DNA of 64,000 bases from Bacillota bacterium (GCA_040755615.1 JBFMAL010000012.1:7-64006); one strand, 5' to 3'; shown: positions 26,846 to 36,729, numbered from the stretch's first letter. Translations and numbers: made by a program. Notes: generated by a model from the sequence alone, not told the origin.

Positions 26846-28204
26846 GTGGGCGGTTACTTGCTGCAAGGTGTTTGGGTACGACTTGGCTCGAGCATTCAAA
26901 TGGCATGGCGCGGTGTTCTGTCCAAACGTCTGCGTTCTGCGCTGACCGTACTCAGCGTAGTCATCGGTGTAGCGTCGGTCGTTAGCCTCATGGCCATCGG
27001 AGAGGGCGCCCGGCAGGCGGTTATAGGACAAATAGAAAGCCTCGGCGAGAACGTCATTGTCATCGAGACGGTCAGCCCTGACGTACAGTTCAGGTCTGAT
27101 CTGGCCGAAGAATTGGTGAAAAGAGTCAGTACGCTGGATTACGCCACTCCTGTAGTCACTACGGAGACGACCATCCGGTGGCGCAGAACTCGGGGCACCG
27201 TCGACTTGCTTGGGGTAAATGAGCAGTTCCCTGTTATTCGCGACCATGAGCTTATCTCGGGGCGGTTCTTCACCGAGCTGCACGTGATGCAACGGTCGCG
27301 CGTCGCCGTCCTCGGGTACAACTACGGTGTGGCCCTGCTCGGAGGTCGTGACCCGGTGGGGAATACGCTTACCCTCGACGGACGGACTTTCCGGATCATC
27401 GGCGTGCTCGCCCCTAAGGGCGACGGAAAGGCCGGGGGGATCGATAACAAGATCGTCGTACCATATACTGTGGCCCAGCAGATCGCAAAGACGCGTTCCG
27501 TTACGGAGATCTGGGCCAAGGCGTCCTCCACCCAGGATTCCGATCTCGCGGTAGCACAGCTCAGCCGGATCTTCAAGAGGGAAATCGGGCTTGACCCCAC
27601 CGCTCCGAAACCCTCGGACGGCTCAGACAGCGACGGCGGGATGAACATCGACGACCCCGGTGGACACAGCAAGGGCTCCTATGTGGAACCGGTTCCGGTA
27701 AGCCCGGGCCCGAGCCCGGTGCCGGTTGATAGTCCGATATTTCCTGAACAAGACAAGAAGCAGCCAGTTACCATCACCAATCTGAATAACATGATAAGGG
27801 AAGCGGATCGCGCAAATAGGGTGCTGAGCCTTTTGCTCGGCGGGATCGCAGCGGTCTCTCTCCTGGTCGGCGGTATCGGGATCATGAACATCATGCTGGT
27901 ATCCGTGAGCGAGCGTACTGCAGAAATAGGCGTCCGGAAGGCCATAGGTGCAAAAAGGTCAGACCTCCTGATACAGTTCCTGATGGAAGCGTTCCTGCTG
28001 AGCTTCGCCGGAGGTGTTGCAGGGCTGTTTGTGGGCCACGTGACCGTACGACTGATCACCGGCTACGAGCTGGACGCCGTTATCACCTTACCTGTTGCCT
28101 TTGTCGCGTTCCTGCTCGCGCTGGTGGTAGGTACAGTGTTCGGCGTGTACCCTGCATGGATCGCCTCAGGTCTTCAGCCGGTGGAGGCATTGCGGCGGCA
28201 GTAG
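26846..28204 (+). CDS. ABC transporter permease (MacB/YknZ family)
   Basis: LRSALTVLSVVIGVASV, GGIGIMNIMLVSVSERTAEIGVRKAIGA, PVEALR. Confidence 0.93.
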   Translation: MGGYLLQGVWVRLGSSIQMAWRGVLSKRLRSALTVLSVVIGVASVVSLMAIGEGARQAVIGQIESLGENVIVIETVSPDVQFRSDLAEELVKRVSTLDYATPVVTTETTIRWRRTRGTVDLLGVNEQFPVIRDHELISGRFFTELHVMQRSRVAVLGYNYGVALLGGRDPVGNTLTLDGRTFRIIGVLAPKGDGKAGGIDNKIVVPYTVAQQIAKTRSVTEIWAKASSTQDSDLAVAQLSRIFKREIGLDPTAPKPSDGSDSDGGMNIDDPGGHSKGSYVEPVPVSPGPSPVPVDSPIFPEQDKKQPVTITNLNNMIREADRANRVLSLLLGGIAAVSLLVGGIGIMNIMLVSVSERTAEIGVRKAIGAKRSDLLIQFLMEAFLLSFAGGVAGLFVGHVTVRLITGYELDAVITLPVAFVAFLLALVVGTVFGVYPAWIASGLQPVEALRRQ

Positions 28205-28261
28205 GTCAAAAACGGCAGCAGGCATATGCCTCCCGGTGCCTCCTCTTTATTGTGCTCGGGG

Positions 28262-29119
28262 GTGAACAAACTGGATCTACCGGTAAAAGCATGGTATGAC
28301 GCAATATTCGTGCGCCATTCAAGACGCACGTACCTCAGTGCCCCATTAACCGACAATGAAGTGCTGCAGCTTAAGAGGGTCTGTGACAGGTTCAGGCCGT
28401 TCCCCGAGGCGCGGGCAGAGCTGGTACTGGAGCCGCCCGATAAGGTATTCAAGGGCCTGATCGGCGCCTACGGCAAGGTGAAGGGCGCCCCGAGTTACAT
28501 TGCGTTTATCGGAGACCTGAGTTCTCAGCGCGTTCATGAGGCAGTGGGATATACAGGTGAAGGCATCATCCTCGAGGCCACATCCATGGGCCTTGCCACG
28601 TGCTGGGTGGGGGGCTTCTTCAGGCCTGAGCAGGTAGCAGCTCATCTCACCCTTGGAAGGGGCGAGAAGGTACTGGCGGTTACACCCGTAGGGCACGCGC
28701 CCGACGATCCCTCACCAGAAGAGAAGGTCATCAAGCGTCTTGTCTCCTCTCACAGGAGAAAGCCGCTGGATCACATCGCGCGCGGCTTTTCCAAAACCTC
28801 TCCGGAATGGATGAGAAGAGCTCTTGAAGCAGCAAGGCTCGCGCCCTCTGCACTGAACAGGCAGCCGTGGAGGTTCAGCGTAGAGAGCGAGTCTATCACC
28901 GTTTCGGTAACCGCTCCAGACGGCATCTCAGGCATTTCCAGTCGCCTGGACTGCGGTATCGCTATGCTGCACCTCGAACTGGGCGCACTGCTGTCCGGGG
29001 TGCGCGGTGTATGGGATTTCCTAGCGCCACCAACTGTAGCCAGGTATACCAAGGCTCACGATTTATGCAATACCGACACCTCGTCAATGTTGCTGTCAGG
29101 AATGGTGGTTCCTCACTGA
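28262..29119 (+). CDS. Tandem-domain nitroreductase family protein
   Basis: RHSRRTY, GLATCWVGG, AARLAPSALNRQPWRF, LDCGIAMLH; start uncertain (28262 or 28271). Confidence 0.85.
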   Translation: MNKLDLPVKAWYDAIFVRHSRRTYLSAPLTDNEVLQLKRVCDRFRPFPEARAELVLEPPDKVFKGLIGAYGKVKGAPSYIAFIGDLSSQRVHEAVGYTGEGIILEATSMGLATCWVGGFFRPEQVAAHLTLGRGEKVLAVTPVGHAPDDPSPEEKVIKRLVSSHRRKPLDHIARGFSKTSPEWMRRALEAARLAPSALNRQPWRFSVESESITVSVTAPDGISGISSRLDCGIAMLHLELGALLSGVRGVWDFLAPPTVARYTKAHDLCNTDTSSMLLSGMVVPH

Positions 29120-29404
29120 CTGATCTTCCAGATACCGTTCATGCGATGGTCAAAAAAGGGACGACCATTTCCAGGAGAAGCGACGACCAAAAAACGAGCA
29201 GTGCTTGCCAAGATTATGTGCACACGAATTGTTTCGCTGTGGGGTACCTGAAAGGAGGCTGAGGAGTGCAAATGGGCCCCTGGTTGGTCAGACGAGCACC
29301 CGGTTTGGCAGGCTTTCAGAGTCTCGCACGTCGCTCCCTGAGTGTGTTCCCAAAGAGGCAATGCCGTACCAGGCAGAGAAAGTAGATGTGGGGCGTACCC
29401 TGGC

Positions 29405-30054
29405 CTAACGCCACTGATGCTCCAGCACGCTGATGGTCCCGACCCTTCCACAGGTAATCCTGCCCACAACAGACCCAGAAGTGACGCCTCTTTCTGCTGA
29501 GTGTGTAAAGAAGACTGGATACCCTGGTCTTCGGAACCGAGATCAAGAGCCCTCCCGAGGTCTGAGGGGCACAGAGGATCGGAGCGAAGATTTGCGTCTC
29601 TCCTCCATAATCTATAATACCCTCAAGATGACGGATGTTAGCCATGGCACCCCCGGGCGCGAAGTCCCCCATCTCAAGGACCCCACGAAGCAGCGGGACG
29701 TTCTCCCAATACAGTTCAGCGGATACCTCGCTTGCGGTAATTATTTCCCAGAGGTGACCAAGAAGTACAAACCCGGTCACATCAGTACATCAATTGACTC
29801 CCACTTCTACCATTACCTCTGCGGCCAAAATCGTACGGATCGTCGACGACGGGAGTAAAGAAGTCGACTGTTTGAACATGGGCCAGGTCGTCGCTGATCC
29901 TGTAAACGCCAGCATCATCCAGAGTATCTGTGCCCACTAAGACCTGCTCAGGATGTTCCAGAGAGCGTTGGGTGCGCAGGACCTGCGCAAGGTCTCCCGG
30001 ACCGAGTTTGGCCGCTCACCCTGCTTTCTTGCACATTTTGGCGAGCCTGATCAT
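29405..30054 (-). pseudogene. selD: Selenide, water dikinase (Sec-type) pseudogene
   Basis: [48 protein letters not shown], then a jump to AAEVM..VN*CTDVTGF..LLGHL..PQTSGGLL; internal deletion with frameshift near 29822, nonsense codon at 29792-29790, further frameshift near 29490. Confidence 0.9.
29991..30003 (-). promoter_or_regulatory. Putative bacterial SECIS hairpin of selD
   Basis: GGUC-CGGGA-GACC begins 12 nt 3' of the in-frame UGA at 30018-30016. Confidence 0.55.
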
Positions 30055-30093
30055 CAGCCGCCGCGCCTCCTTCATGCAGATAACTCTAAAGAC

Positions 30094-30312
30094 TTATTGT
30101 TCATTCCCAATATCCAGTATGAACGCATTGCCTTCAGTCCTTACTTTTACTGTAAACCCGCGCATGCGGGCAAGCCTTTCCACGTTATCACGGGCTACTC
30201 CCGTATCAACCCACACCTGCACCCCTTCATCCGGAAACTGATCCATGGCCCTCTTGGCTAGTATCACTGGTTGCGGGCACGAAAGACCCCGTGCATCGAC
30301 CTTCTTGAACAA
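30094..30312 (-). CDS. yedF: TusA/YedF-family sulfur/selenium carrier
   Basis: VDARGLSCPQPVILAK. Confidence 0.9.
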   Translation of the reverse strand: MFKKVDARGLSCPQPVILAKRAMDQFPDEGVQVWVDTGVARDNVERLARMRGFTVKVRTEGNAFILDIGNEQ

Positions 30313-31404
30313 CTAGTTCACCCCCAGATCAGTTCTTCTCATGTAGTATCCAAGAACCAAGCAGAACGCCAACCCGACCAGCACTCCAATCTGACTGAAT
30401 GCCCCCGGACCTGCGGGCGAGCCAGCCATCGACATATTGTGAGAAAAGCCTGCGCCTGCCAGCATCCCAAGTACGAAGATACCCGCATCGGCATCCCCTT
30501 CGCCTGACATGATCAGCTGTCGACCCGGGCAGCCCCCTGCGAGGGTAAAGGCAAGTCCCGCCAGGGCCATACCTGCGAAGTTCCACAACTGAGACGAATG
30601 AGCTATAGGTTGACCTACAAATCCCCATCGAAACTGACCCAGAACCAGGTTCAAAAAGAGAGCGGTTGAAAAGAAAGCGATGATTCCGGAAAACAGATGA
30701 AAGTCCCTGATCAGAATAAGGTCTCTTAAAGCTCCAACTGTGCAGAACCGGGTTCTCTGTGCCAGCACTCCTACTATGAGTCCACCAACTAATGATGCCA
30801 GGAGGGGCGCGTGCTGTGATCCCGGGCCTTTGAGGCTGGCAAACACTGGACCGGTTCGAGCACCGTCAGCAGTCCCCATCTGAGGTGCGAAAACAGCCAA
30901 GAGCAGAAGGACGACCATGAGCGCAGGCATGACCAAACCGCTCCCTGGCTCGTTCCTGTGGCTGCGACCAAGGGTGTAACCGGCTTTGAGGAACCCCACG
31001 CCAACCCAGATCCCTGAAATTAGGCCTGCCAGCCCGAGTACAGCATTGGCGTCTCCACCCGCCAGGCGGAGGATGGCACGCCACGGGCATCCCAGAAAGA
31101 CTAAGGCCCCTACCATCGCGAAGAACCCGAGGAAGAAGCGAATTAGTGGCGCAGAGCCTCCCCGAGCATGAAACTCTCCATTAGCTGCGGCGCTGATGGT
31201 TGACCCCAGGACCAAACCAATGATCTCAGGTCTGATATACTGTACAGTGGATGCCCTGTGAAGACCGAGCGCCCCGGAAATGTCTCTTATCATGCAGGCA
31301 ACACAGATCCCCATGTTAGGCGGATTTCCGAGTCGCTGCAGAGCGATGGCGATGGCCCCAATGACCATGCCGGATAGCACAAGTGGATTTCTTGAATACT
31401 TCAA
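30313..31404 (-). CDS. yedE: Selenium-metabolism membrane protein YedE (YeeE/YedE family)
   Basis: GNPPNMGICVACMIRD, YIRPEI, FLGCPWR, RFCTVG, GGCPGRQL; AAGGAGG SD before TTG 31404. Confidence 0.92.
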   Translation of the reverse strand: MKYSRNPLVLSGMVIGAIAIALQRLGNPPNMGICVACMIRDISGALGLHRASTVQYIRPEIIGLVLGSTISAAANGEFHARGGSAPLIRFFLGFFAMVGALVFLGCPWRAILRLAGGDANAVLGLAGLISGIWVGVGFLKAGYTLGRSHRNEPGSGLVMPALMVVLLLLAVFAPQMGTADGARTGPVFASLKGPGSQHAPLLASLVGGLIVGVLAQRTRFCTVGALRDLILIRDFHLFSGIIAFFSTALFLNLVLGQFRWGFVGQPIAHSSQLWNFAGMALAGLAFTLAGGCPGRQLIMSGEGDADAGIFVLGMLAGAGFSHNMSMAGSPAGPGAFSQIGVLVGLAFCLVLGYYMRRTDLGVN

Positions 31405-31453
31405 TGCTGCACCTCCTTGCATAGTACCCATTTCCAAATCATAAGACCAAGCA

Positions 31454-32602
31454 CTATGGGCAGCGGGATACTTCAGCAACTGCGTCCCTGGCCCTCTTCA
31501 AGTCGTCCATGGTTGTGAATATGCCAAGGCTCATGCGCACAGTGCCTTGCGGGAAAGTACCTATGGTCCTGTGAGCACCCGGGGCACAGTGCAGCCCGGG
31601 TCGGACCATTATACCGTACTCTGTATCTAGGCGGTAAGCAACGTCAGATGGGTCAACCCCGTCAATGTTGAACGAAACAACCCCAATAGCATTGTCTGCC
31701 CGAGAAGGTCCAAACACAGAAACCCCTGGTATTTGTGAAAGATAACTGCAGAGGACCTGCCGAAGTTCGCGGTCCCTGGTTCTCACTGTGTCGACTCCGA
31801 TCTCCAATAGATACCTGACCCCCGCAGCCAGGCCCGCAAAACCCGGGGTGTTGTGCGTCCCGGCTTCCAACCGTTCAGGCATGCTATCGGGCTGCAGCAG
31901 CAAGTCCGAATGACTCCCAGTGCCGCCCTCCCTCCAAGGATCGAGATGGATTCCCGGCCTAACGTAGAGCCCGCCGGTCCCCTGAGGGCCGAGCAGCCCC
32001 TTGTGTCCACTGAATGCCAAGAGGTCCACTTTCAGACTGCTGAGGTCAAGAGGGAGTACCCCTACCGTCTGTGCTGCATCGACCAGAAAATATACGCCCT
32101 TTTCTCTCAATGCGGCTCCAATGTCTTCGATGGGATTCACTGTCCCTACTACGTTAGACGCGTGCGTCAATACCACGAGCTTGGTGTTGTGCCTTAAGGC
32201 TGATAGTATGCGGTCGGGTGTTACAAGTCCCGCTGAGTCCGCTCCAGCCACAGTCAGGTGCAACTTGCCAGCCAGCGCAAGTGAGCACAGCGGTCTCATC
32301 ACCGAGTTGTGTTCCATGGCTGAGGTGACCACGTGCTCACCGGGTTTGAGGATCCCTTTGAGGGCCATGTTGATGGCATCTGTCGCGTTGAACGTTAACG
32401 CGATCCTAGATGCATCTTCGACATGAAGGAGACGGGCCAGTGCGGTCCGGGCGCTTTCAAGGATCCGTCCAGCTTCCAGGGAGAGTCGGTGGCCAGATCT
32501 GCCGGGGTTAGCTCCCGCTATTCTCATGCAGTCTTCTACTGCCTTGTATACGACTTCGGGTTTGGGCCAAGAGGTCGCAGCGTTATCAAGGTAGGTAATC
32601 AA
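31454..32602 (-). CDS. Cysteine desulfurase / selenocysteine lyase family (PLP class V)
   Basis: YLDNAATSWPKP, MEHNSV, DAAQ, FSGHKGLLGPQG, RPGLHCAP. Confidence 0.93.
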   Translation of the reverse strand: MITYLDNAATSWPKPEVVYKAVEDCMRIAGANPGRSGHRLSLEAGRILESARTALARLLHVEDASRIALTFNATDAINMALKGILKPGEHVVTSAMEHNSVMRPLCSLALAGKLHLTVAGADSAGLVTPDRILSALRHNTKLVVLTHASNVVGTVNPIEDIGAALREKGVYFLVDAAQTVGVLPLDLSSLKVDLLAFSGHKGLLGPQGTGGLYVRPGIHLDPWREGGTGSHSDLLLQPDSMPERLEAGTHNTPGFAGLAAGVRYLLEIGVDTVRTRDRELRQVLCSYLSQIPGVSVFGPSRADNAIGVVSFNIDGVDPSDVAYRLDTEYGIMVRPGLHCAPGAHRTIGTFPQGTVRMSLGIFTTMDDLKRARDAVAEVSRCP

Positions 32603-32873
32603 TGTTGTTGCCTCCCGGTCTACGACAGCTCTCACGCACCGGTTTCCCGTCGTGGTTGAACGGCCCATCTGCATCTATCCCAAGCAATCTGACAGCCTCC
32701 TGCACTTCTGCCGCCAACGCCAGGGGCAGCTCCAGGCAAATACCGCAACTTGAACTTAACGTTCTCGGAACGGGCCTGAGTTTGACTGCAAATCCCCGTT
32801 CACGCAGCAGGCACTCTCCCGTTAACGCCCAGTACGTGGAAGGAAAGGTAAAGTAGCACATATCCACCTTCAA
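32586..32873 (-). CDS. DUF3343 putative Se/S carrier protein
   Basis: FPSTYWAL..E..L, PVPRTLSSSCG. Confidence 0.85.
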   Translation of the reverse strand: MKVDMCYFTFPSTYWALTGECLLRERGFAVKLRPVPRTLSSSCGICLELPLALAAEVQEAVRLLGIDADGPFNHDGKPVRESCRRPGGNNIDYLP

Positions 32874-33778
32874 GGAAGACCACTTCCAGTCAGTCTAGTC
32901 TCCATAGCCTTTCTTAAGAACGTAACAAAGACTTCGAGCGCTACCATGTATTCTCTAGCCTTCAAGTAGGAGATGTAGAGTTGGCGGCATATTCTAGTCC
33001 CCTTGAGCCTGAGAACCTTTACACTCGTGCCTCTACCGGACTCCGCCGTAGCCCATTTTGATACAAACGCCAATCCTGCACCTGCTTCTACCGCCGATAG
33101 AACCGCTTCCGTACTCCCGAGCTCCATGACCTTGTTTAATTGCAGAACGCGGCTCCCGAGTACCTGTTCGACAACTTCTCGCGTGGCCGACCCTTTTTCT
33201 CTCCAGACGAACCCATCGCTTACCAGGTCATCCAAAGAGACTTCTGTGCGCCCGGCTAGTCTGTGACTTGGCGGTACAATCAGCACTATCTCGTCTTCCG
33301 CAAAGGCCTGACTGACCACTCCTGGCTCACAGATGCTTGCGCCCACAACCGCTACGTCCAGGGCCCCAGACAGGAGTTTATCACTGATCACCTTGGTGTC
33401 TCCGATCTCCACGGATATCATAACGTCTGGATAGGATGAGACAAACTTGCCAAGAAACACCGGTAGAATATACTGACCTGGAATTGTGCTAGCACCCACT
33501 AAAAGCGTACCCCTCACCTTATCGGAGAACAAACGCAGCGCTTTCTTCATCCGTTCCCGTGCCTCAAGCACTTCCACTGCATGACGGTATAGTATTCTCC
33601 CGGCATCCGTAAGTTCCACGTTCCTTCCGTTCCTTGCGAATAGCGCAACCTGGTATTCAGCCTCAAGCGAAGAGATTTGCTTGCTAACCGCAGGCTGCGT
33701 AAGGTTAACTGCTTTTGCTGCCTTGGAGAAGTTCTTCATGTCTGCTACAGCAATAAATGTCTGAAACCGGTCCAGCAT
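32870..33778 (-). CDS. LysR-family regulator (selenium-metabolism-associated / CysL-like)
   Basis: NFSKAAKAVNLTQPAVSKQISSLE, GASTIPGQYILP, REKGSATR. Confidence 0.93.
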   Translation of the reverse strand: MLDRFQTFIAVADMKNFSKAAKAVNLTQPAVSKQISSLEAEYQVALFARNGRNVELTDAGRILYRHAVEVLEARERMKKALRLFSDKVRGTLLVGASTIPGQYILPVFLGKFVSSYPDVMISVEIGDTKVISDKLLSGALDVAVVGASICEPGVVSQAFAEDEIVLIVPPSHRLAGRTEVSLDDLVSDGFVWREKGSATREVVEQVLGSRVLQLNKVMELGSTEAVLSAVEAGAGLAFVSKWATAESGRGTSVKVLRLKGTRICRQLYISYLKAREYMVALEVFVTFLRKAMETRLTGSGLP

Positions 33779-33800
33779 CTCATGCCCTCCCAGCGGGCTG

Positions 33801-33854
33801 ATTCAACAGCCATATCTAAATTCCTTCTATACTTTCTATAACATCCAGTTATAG
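33801..33854 (-). promoter_or_regulatory. sigmaH-like promoter with an upstream LysR box
   Basis: GAAGGAATT-N11-GTTGAAT (33827-33801); palindrome CTATAAC-atcca-GTTATAG (33836-33854) fits T-N11-A. Confidence 0.65.
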
Positions 33855-34065
33855 CAAGTCTCAGGGGTCCCTCTCAAAGTGACATGGCAACACCTCTCAG
33901 GTGCTGCCTGATTGAGTGCTTTTCGCAGGGTGCTGACCGGGCGGCAATCGCGGCCTACGGTGAGCTCAAGAGCGTCCTGACCGGGTACAAAGATCACCTG
34001 AATCTGGCCGTAGCCCGATGGCCGGACGCTACTTGAGGCTGAGGCAGCCACCTTCCTCGAGTTAA

Positions 34066-34746
34066 TTAAGGTAAGGAGCCACCTCCTTTCTCCAGCACGT
34101 CCACATCCAAGAACCAATAGCCGTCGTGGAAGTATTGACCTTTCACCTCTATTGAAAGAGGATAAGAGAATATGGGACCATCCAGGACCACCGTGTGGAA
34201 TTCCCCCTGCTCGCCCATGATGTCCACCCTCTGGTACCCGAGTGCTGCGCACGTCTCCCTGTTTAGTTCTCTCCCGAGGAAGCTCTTTGGCAGTGTTCCA
34301 TCTTTGACAGCAACAATCAGGGCCTTAAAGCCCAATCCGTTCAGCTCATGAAGTAACGCATGCCGGGGCTTCTTCCATAGCGGCAGACACGGTTGAATGC
34401 CCACAGACAGGCACGTGGTCTCGATCCAATCCCGGTGTGCTTCAAGGTCTATGTCACCGAATACGCCGGCTTCTATCCCGTTCTCTTTCAGTGCTTCGAG
34501 TATGGAAATAAACGCGCGGGTGTAATCGTTCCACGATGTGGGCCTCGTGATCACCGGAACACCCAGGGCTTCCGCCTGGGCCTTTATGAGCCTCACCGGA
34601 AGGCCGTGCGACCTGGTTCTCGTGCCGTCTTCTGTCAGGGTAGTTACCAGCGCAGACAGCACGCCGCCTTCCCTGACAGCGTGATAGAGCGCAAGAGAGG
34701 AATCCTTCCCCCCGCTCCATGAGCAGAAGAAACGAACGCATTTCAT
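34066..34746 (-). CDS. DUF71/Dph6 (diphthine-ammonia ligase-like) PP-loop ATPase
   Basis: SWSGGKDS, QAEALG, VFGDI, PLW, DIMGEQGEFHT.V.DGPIF; overlaps the cobT stop. Confidence 0.9.
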   Translation of the reverse strand: MKCVRFFCSWSGGKDSSLALYHAVREGGVLSALVTTLTEDGTRTRSHGLPVRLIKAQAEALGVPVITRPTSWNDYTRAFISILEALKENGIEAGVFGDIDLEAHRDWIETTCLSVGIQPCLPLWKKPRHALLHELNGLGFKALIVAVKDGTLPKSFLGRELNRETCAALGYQRVDIMGEQGEFHTVVLDGPIFSYPLSIEVKGQYFHDGYWFLDVDVLEKGGGSLP

Positions 34747-35825
34747 GGATCTGCCGATCCCTCCTCTTCGCTCAAGGCGCCTGCCACGCCCGCAGATTTA
34801 AACGATGCCATTTCAGATATGATCCTGCATGCCGCCTCGACAAGGTGCATGGTCAGCACTGCGCCAGTTCCCTCTCCGAGCCGCATTCGCATCCGGAGCA
34901 TGGGTTCAAGATCCAGCATCTCAAGCATATACCTGTGGCCCGGTTCTTCGGAAAGGTGTGACGCGATCATGAACTGGCGCGACCTGGGCTCGATCTTTGC
35001 TGCGACAAGAGCGGCTGCCCCCGATATGAACCCGTCGATGATGACCGGTACCCTGTTCGCCGCGCATCCGAGAATAACTCCTGCCAGTCCCGCAATTTCA
35101 AGCCCGCCCACCTTGTGCAGAACATCGACTGCATCCCTCGGATCGGGGCGGTTTACGGAAAGCGCTCTGCTCACCGCGCTCACTTTCCGTGACAACCGTT
35201 CATCGCTTATACCCGTGCCCCGCCCGATCAGTCTCTTCACCGGAAGGCCGCTGAACGCCGCAAGTATGGCGCTGCTTGGGGTGGTATTTCCTATCCCCAT
35301 ATCACCCGTAGCCACAAGGTCCGCGCCACTTTTGATCTCCCTCTCCGCCACCCAGATACCACGTTCCACGGCCTCGATGGCCTCCTGCCTGCTCATCGCC
35401 GGGCCTGTCGCAAGGTTGTCCGTCCCGGGCCTAACTCTGACTGGGAGCACGCCGGCACACTCAAGGTTTGACTTGACTCCCATATCAACTACCAACACCC
35501 GGGCACCCGCGTGCCTGGCCAGGACGTTGACGGCAGCGCCCCCGTTTACGAAGTTCATTACCATCTGCGCTGTTACCTCGCTGGGAAAGGCGCTGACCCC
35601 TTCCGCCGTAACGCCGTGGTCACCAGCCATAATAACCACAAGTTTTTGGTGAATTTCAGGCAGCACCCGTCCCGTGATGCCTGAAAGCCGTATGGCGAGT
35701 TCTTCAAGAACTCCAAGGCTCCCCCGGGGTTTAGTCAGACTGTCAAGGCGAGCCTTTGCTCGCTCCATCGCGTCCACGTGAAGGTCGCCTATCCTCTCCC
35801 TGGTACGTTCAATGCTCAGTCTCAT
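34743..35825 (-). CDS. cobT: Nicotinate-nucleotide--DMB phosphoribosyltransferase
   Basis: LTKPRGSLGVLE, AGDHG, GDMGIGNTT, GGLEIAG, MRLGEGTGA. Confidence 0.97.
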   Translation of the reverse strand: MRLSIERTRERIGDLHVDAMERAKARLDSLTKPRGSLGVLEELAIRLSGITGRVLPEIHQKLVVIMAGDHGVTAEGVSAFPSEVTAQMVMNFVNGGAAVNVLARHAGARVLVVDMGVKSNLECAGVLPVRVRPGTDNLATGPAMSRQEAIEAVERGIWVAEREIKSGADLVATGDMGIGNTTPSSAILAAFSGLPVKRLIGRGTGISDERLSRKVSAVSRALSVNRPDPRDAVDVLHKVGGLEIAGLAGVILGCAANRVPVIIDGFISGAAALVAAKIEPRSRQFMIASHLSEEPGHRYMLEMLDLEPMLRMRMRLGEGTGAVLTMHLVEAACRIISEMASFKSAGVAGALSEEEGSADP

Positions 35826-35841
35826 TCCGTTTCCTCCCTGC

Positions 35842-36702
35842 CTACTTTACTCCTCCGCCGATAATCGACGCCTTCATCACAGGTAGATTAAGCTTGCCGC
35901 TGGCATAGCGGACCGCGTCCGGACCCGGTCCATTACGCCTGTCAAAGAGCAACCCTATCACAGTGCCGCTGTGAGCCACGTTCACACCGACCGCTCCCAG
36001 CTCTCGTCCCATTCGTATGCACCTGTCCAACGCTGGCTTTTCGAGGATCCCCTGATTGGCCATGGCGCTCAGTGTAGCCCCGCAACCGATCAGTTCTGGG
36101 TCCCCCCGTATCACGCCCTGTTCTACCAGTGAAAGCGCCTCCTCCACCTCCCGCTCTTTCTTCCGGTTCAAGAAAGCCAGATCGGGACGGCGGTTGAACA
36201 TGAGAGTATCTACAGTGCCTCCAGGATCCACGATGATAACGTCCATGGGCGGCGCGCATCCCAGCGTCCGGCGGATCCTGCCCATGCGGTGGTCAAAAAG
36301 GGCTATCCCAGGATACATGAGCCCATCGGTAGGCTCGATCGATAGCGCTATGTCCGCCACCTCTTCCGCGCTGATTGCTTTTCCCAGGGCCCGGGCTGCT
36401 GCCACGCACGCAGCAGCGATATCCGCGGAGCTTGATGCCATCCCCTTCCCCACGGGGATGCTCGAGGCCACACGGTAACTGAACGCGCGGCCTGGCTGTC
36501 CAAGCCGAGCCAGTGTACACTCCACTGCCTGTCCGGCCTTGGTGCGGCTCGTGTACTCCCTCCTGCCTGCTCTTTTGCAGTCGACAGAGACTTCCACGCA
36601 CGACCAGAGGTCCACGGGACATGTCACCATGAAATCGATACCGTCCAGCCGCCCCTGTACCAGCTCACCGCAGGTACCGGGGGCTTGGGCCCGGCCATAC
36701 AC
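35842..36702 (-). CDS. pduX: L-threonine kinase (GHMP family)
   Basis: PGTCGELVQG, IPVGKGMASSSADI, IEPTDG, VAHSGT. Confidence 0.9.
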   Translation of the reverse strand: MYGRAQAPGTCGELVQGRLDGIDFMVTCPVDLWSCVEVSVDCKRAGRREYTSRTKAGQAVECTLARLGQPGRAFSYRVASSIPVGKGMASSSADIAAACVAAARALGKAISAEEVADIALSIEPTDGLMYPGIALFDHRMGRIRRTLGCAPPMDVIIVDPGGTVDTLMFNRRPDLAFLNRKKEREVEEALSLVEQGVIRGDPELIGCGATLSAMANQGILEKPALDRCIRMGRELGAVGVNVAHSGTVIGLLFDRRNGPGPDAVRYASGKLNLPVMKASIIGGGVK

Positions 36703-36729
36703 TTGTCACGTCGCCTCCATTCTTAAAGT

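Noticed and set aside
29272-29385. 37-codon + strand ORF behind a strong AAAGGAGG/GAGGAG
   Set aside because: No recognisable features, and it lies in the decayed zone beside the selD pseudogene; cannot be supported.
29790-29792. Second in-frame UGA in selD as an additional selenocysteine
   Set aside because: The position is normally a small non-catalytic residue (VNACTD), there is no evident SECIS, and the gene is otherwise broken; treated as a nonsense mutation.
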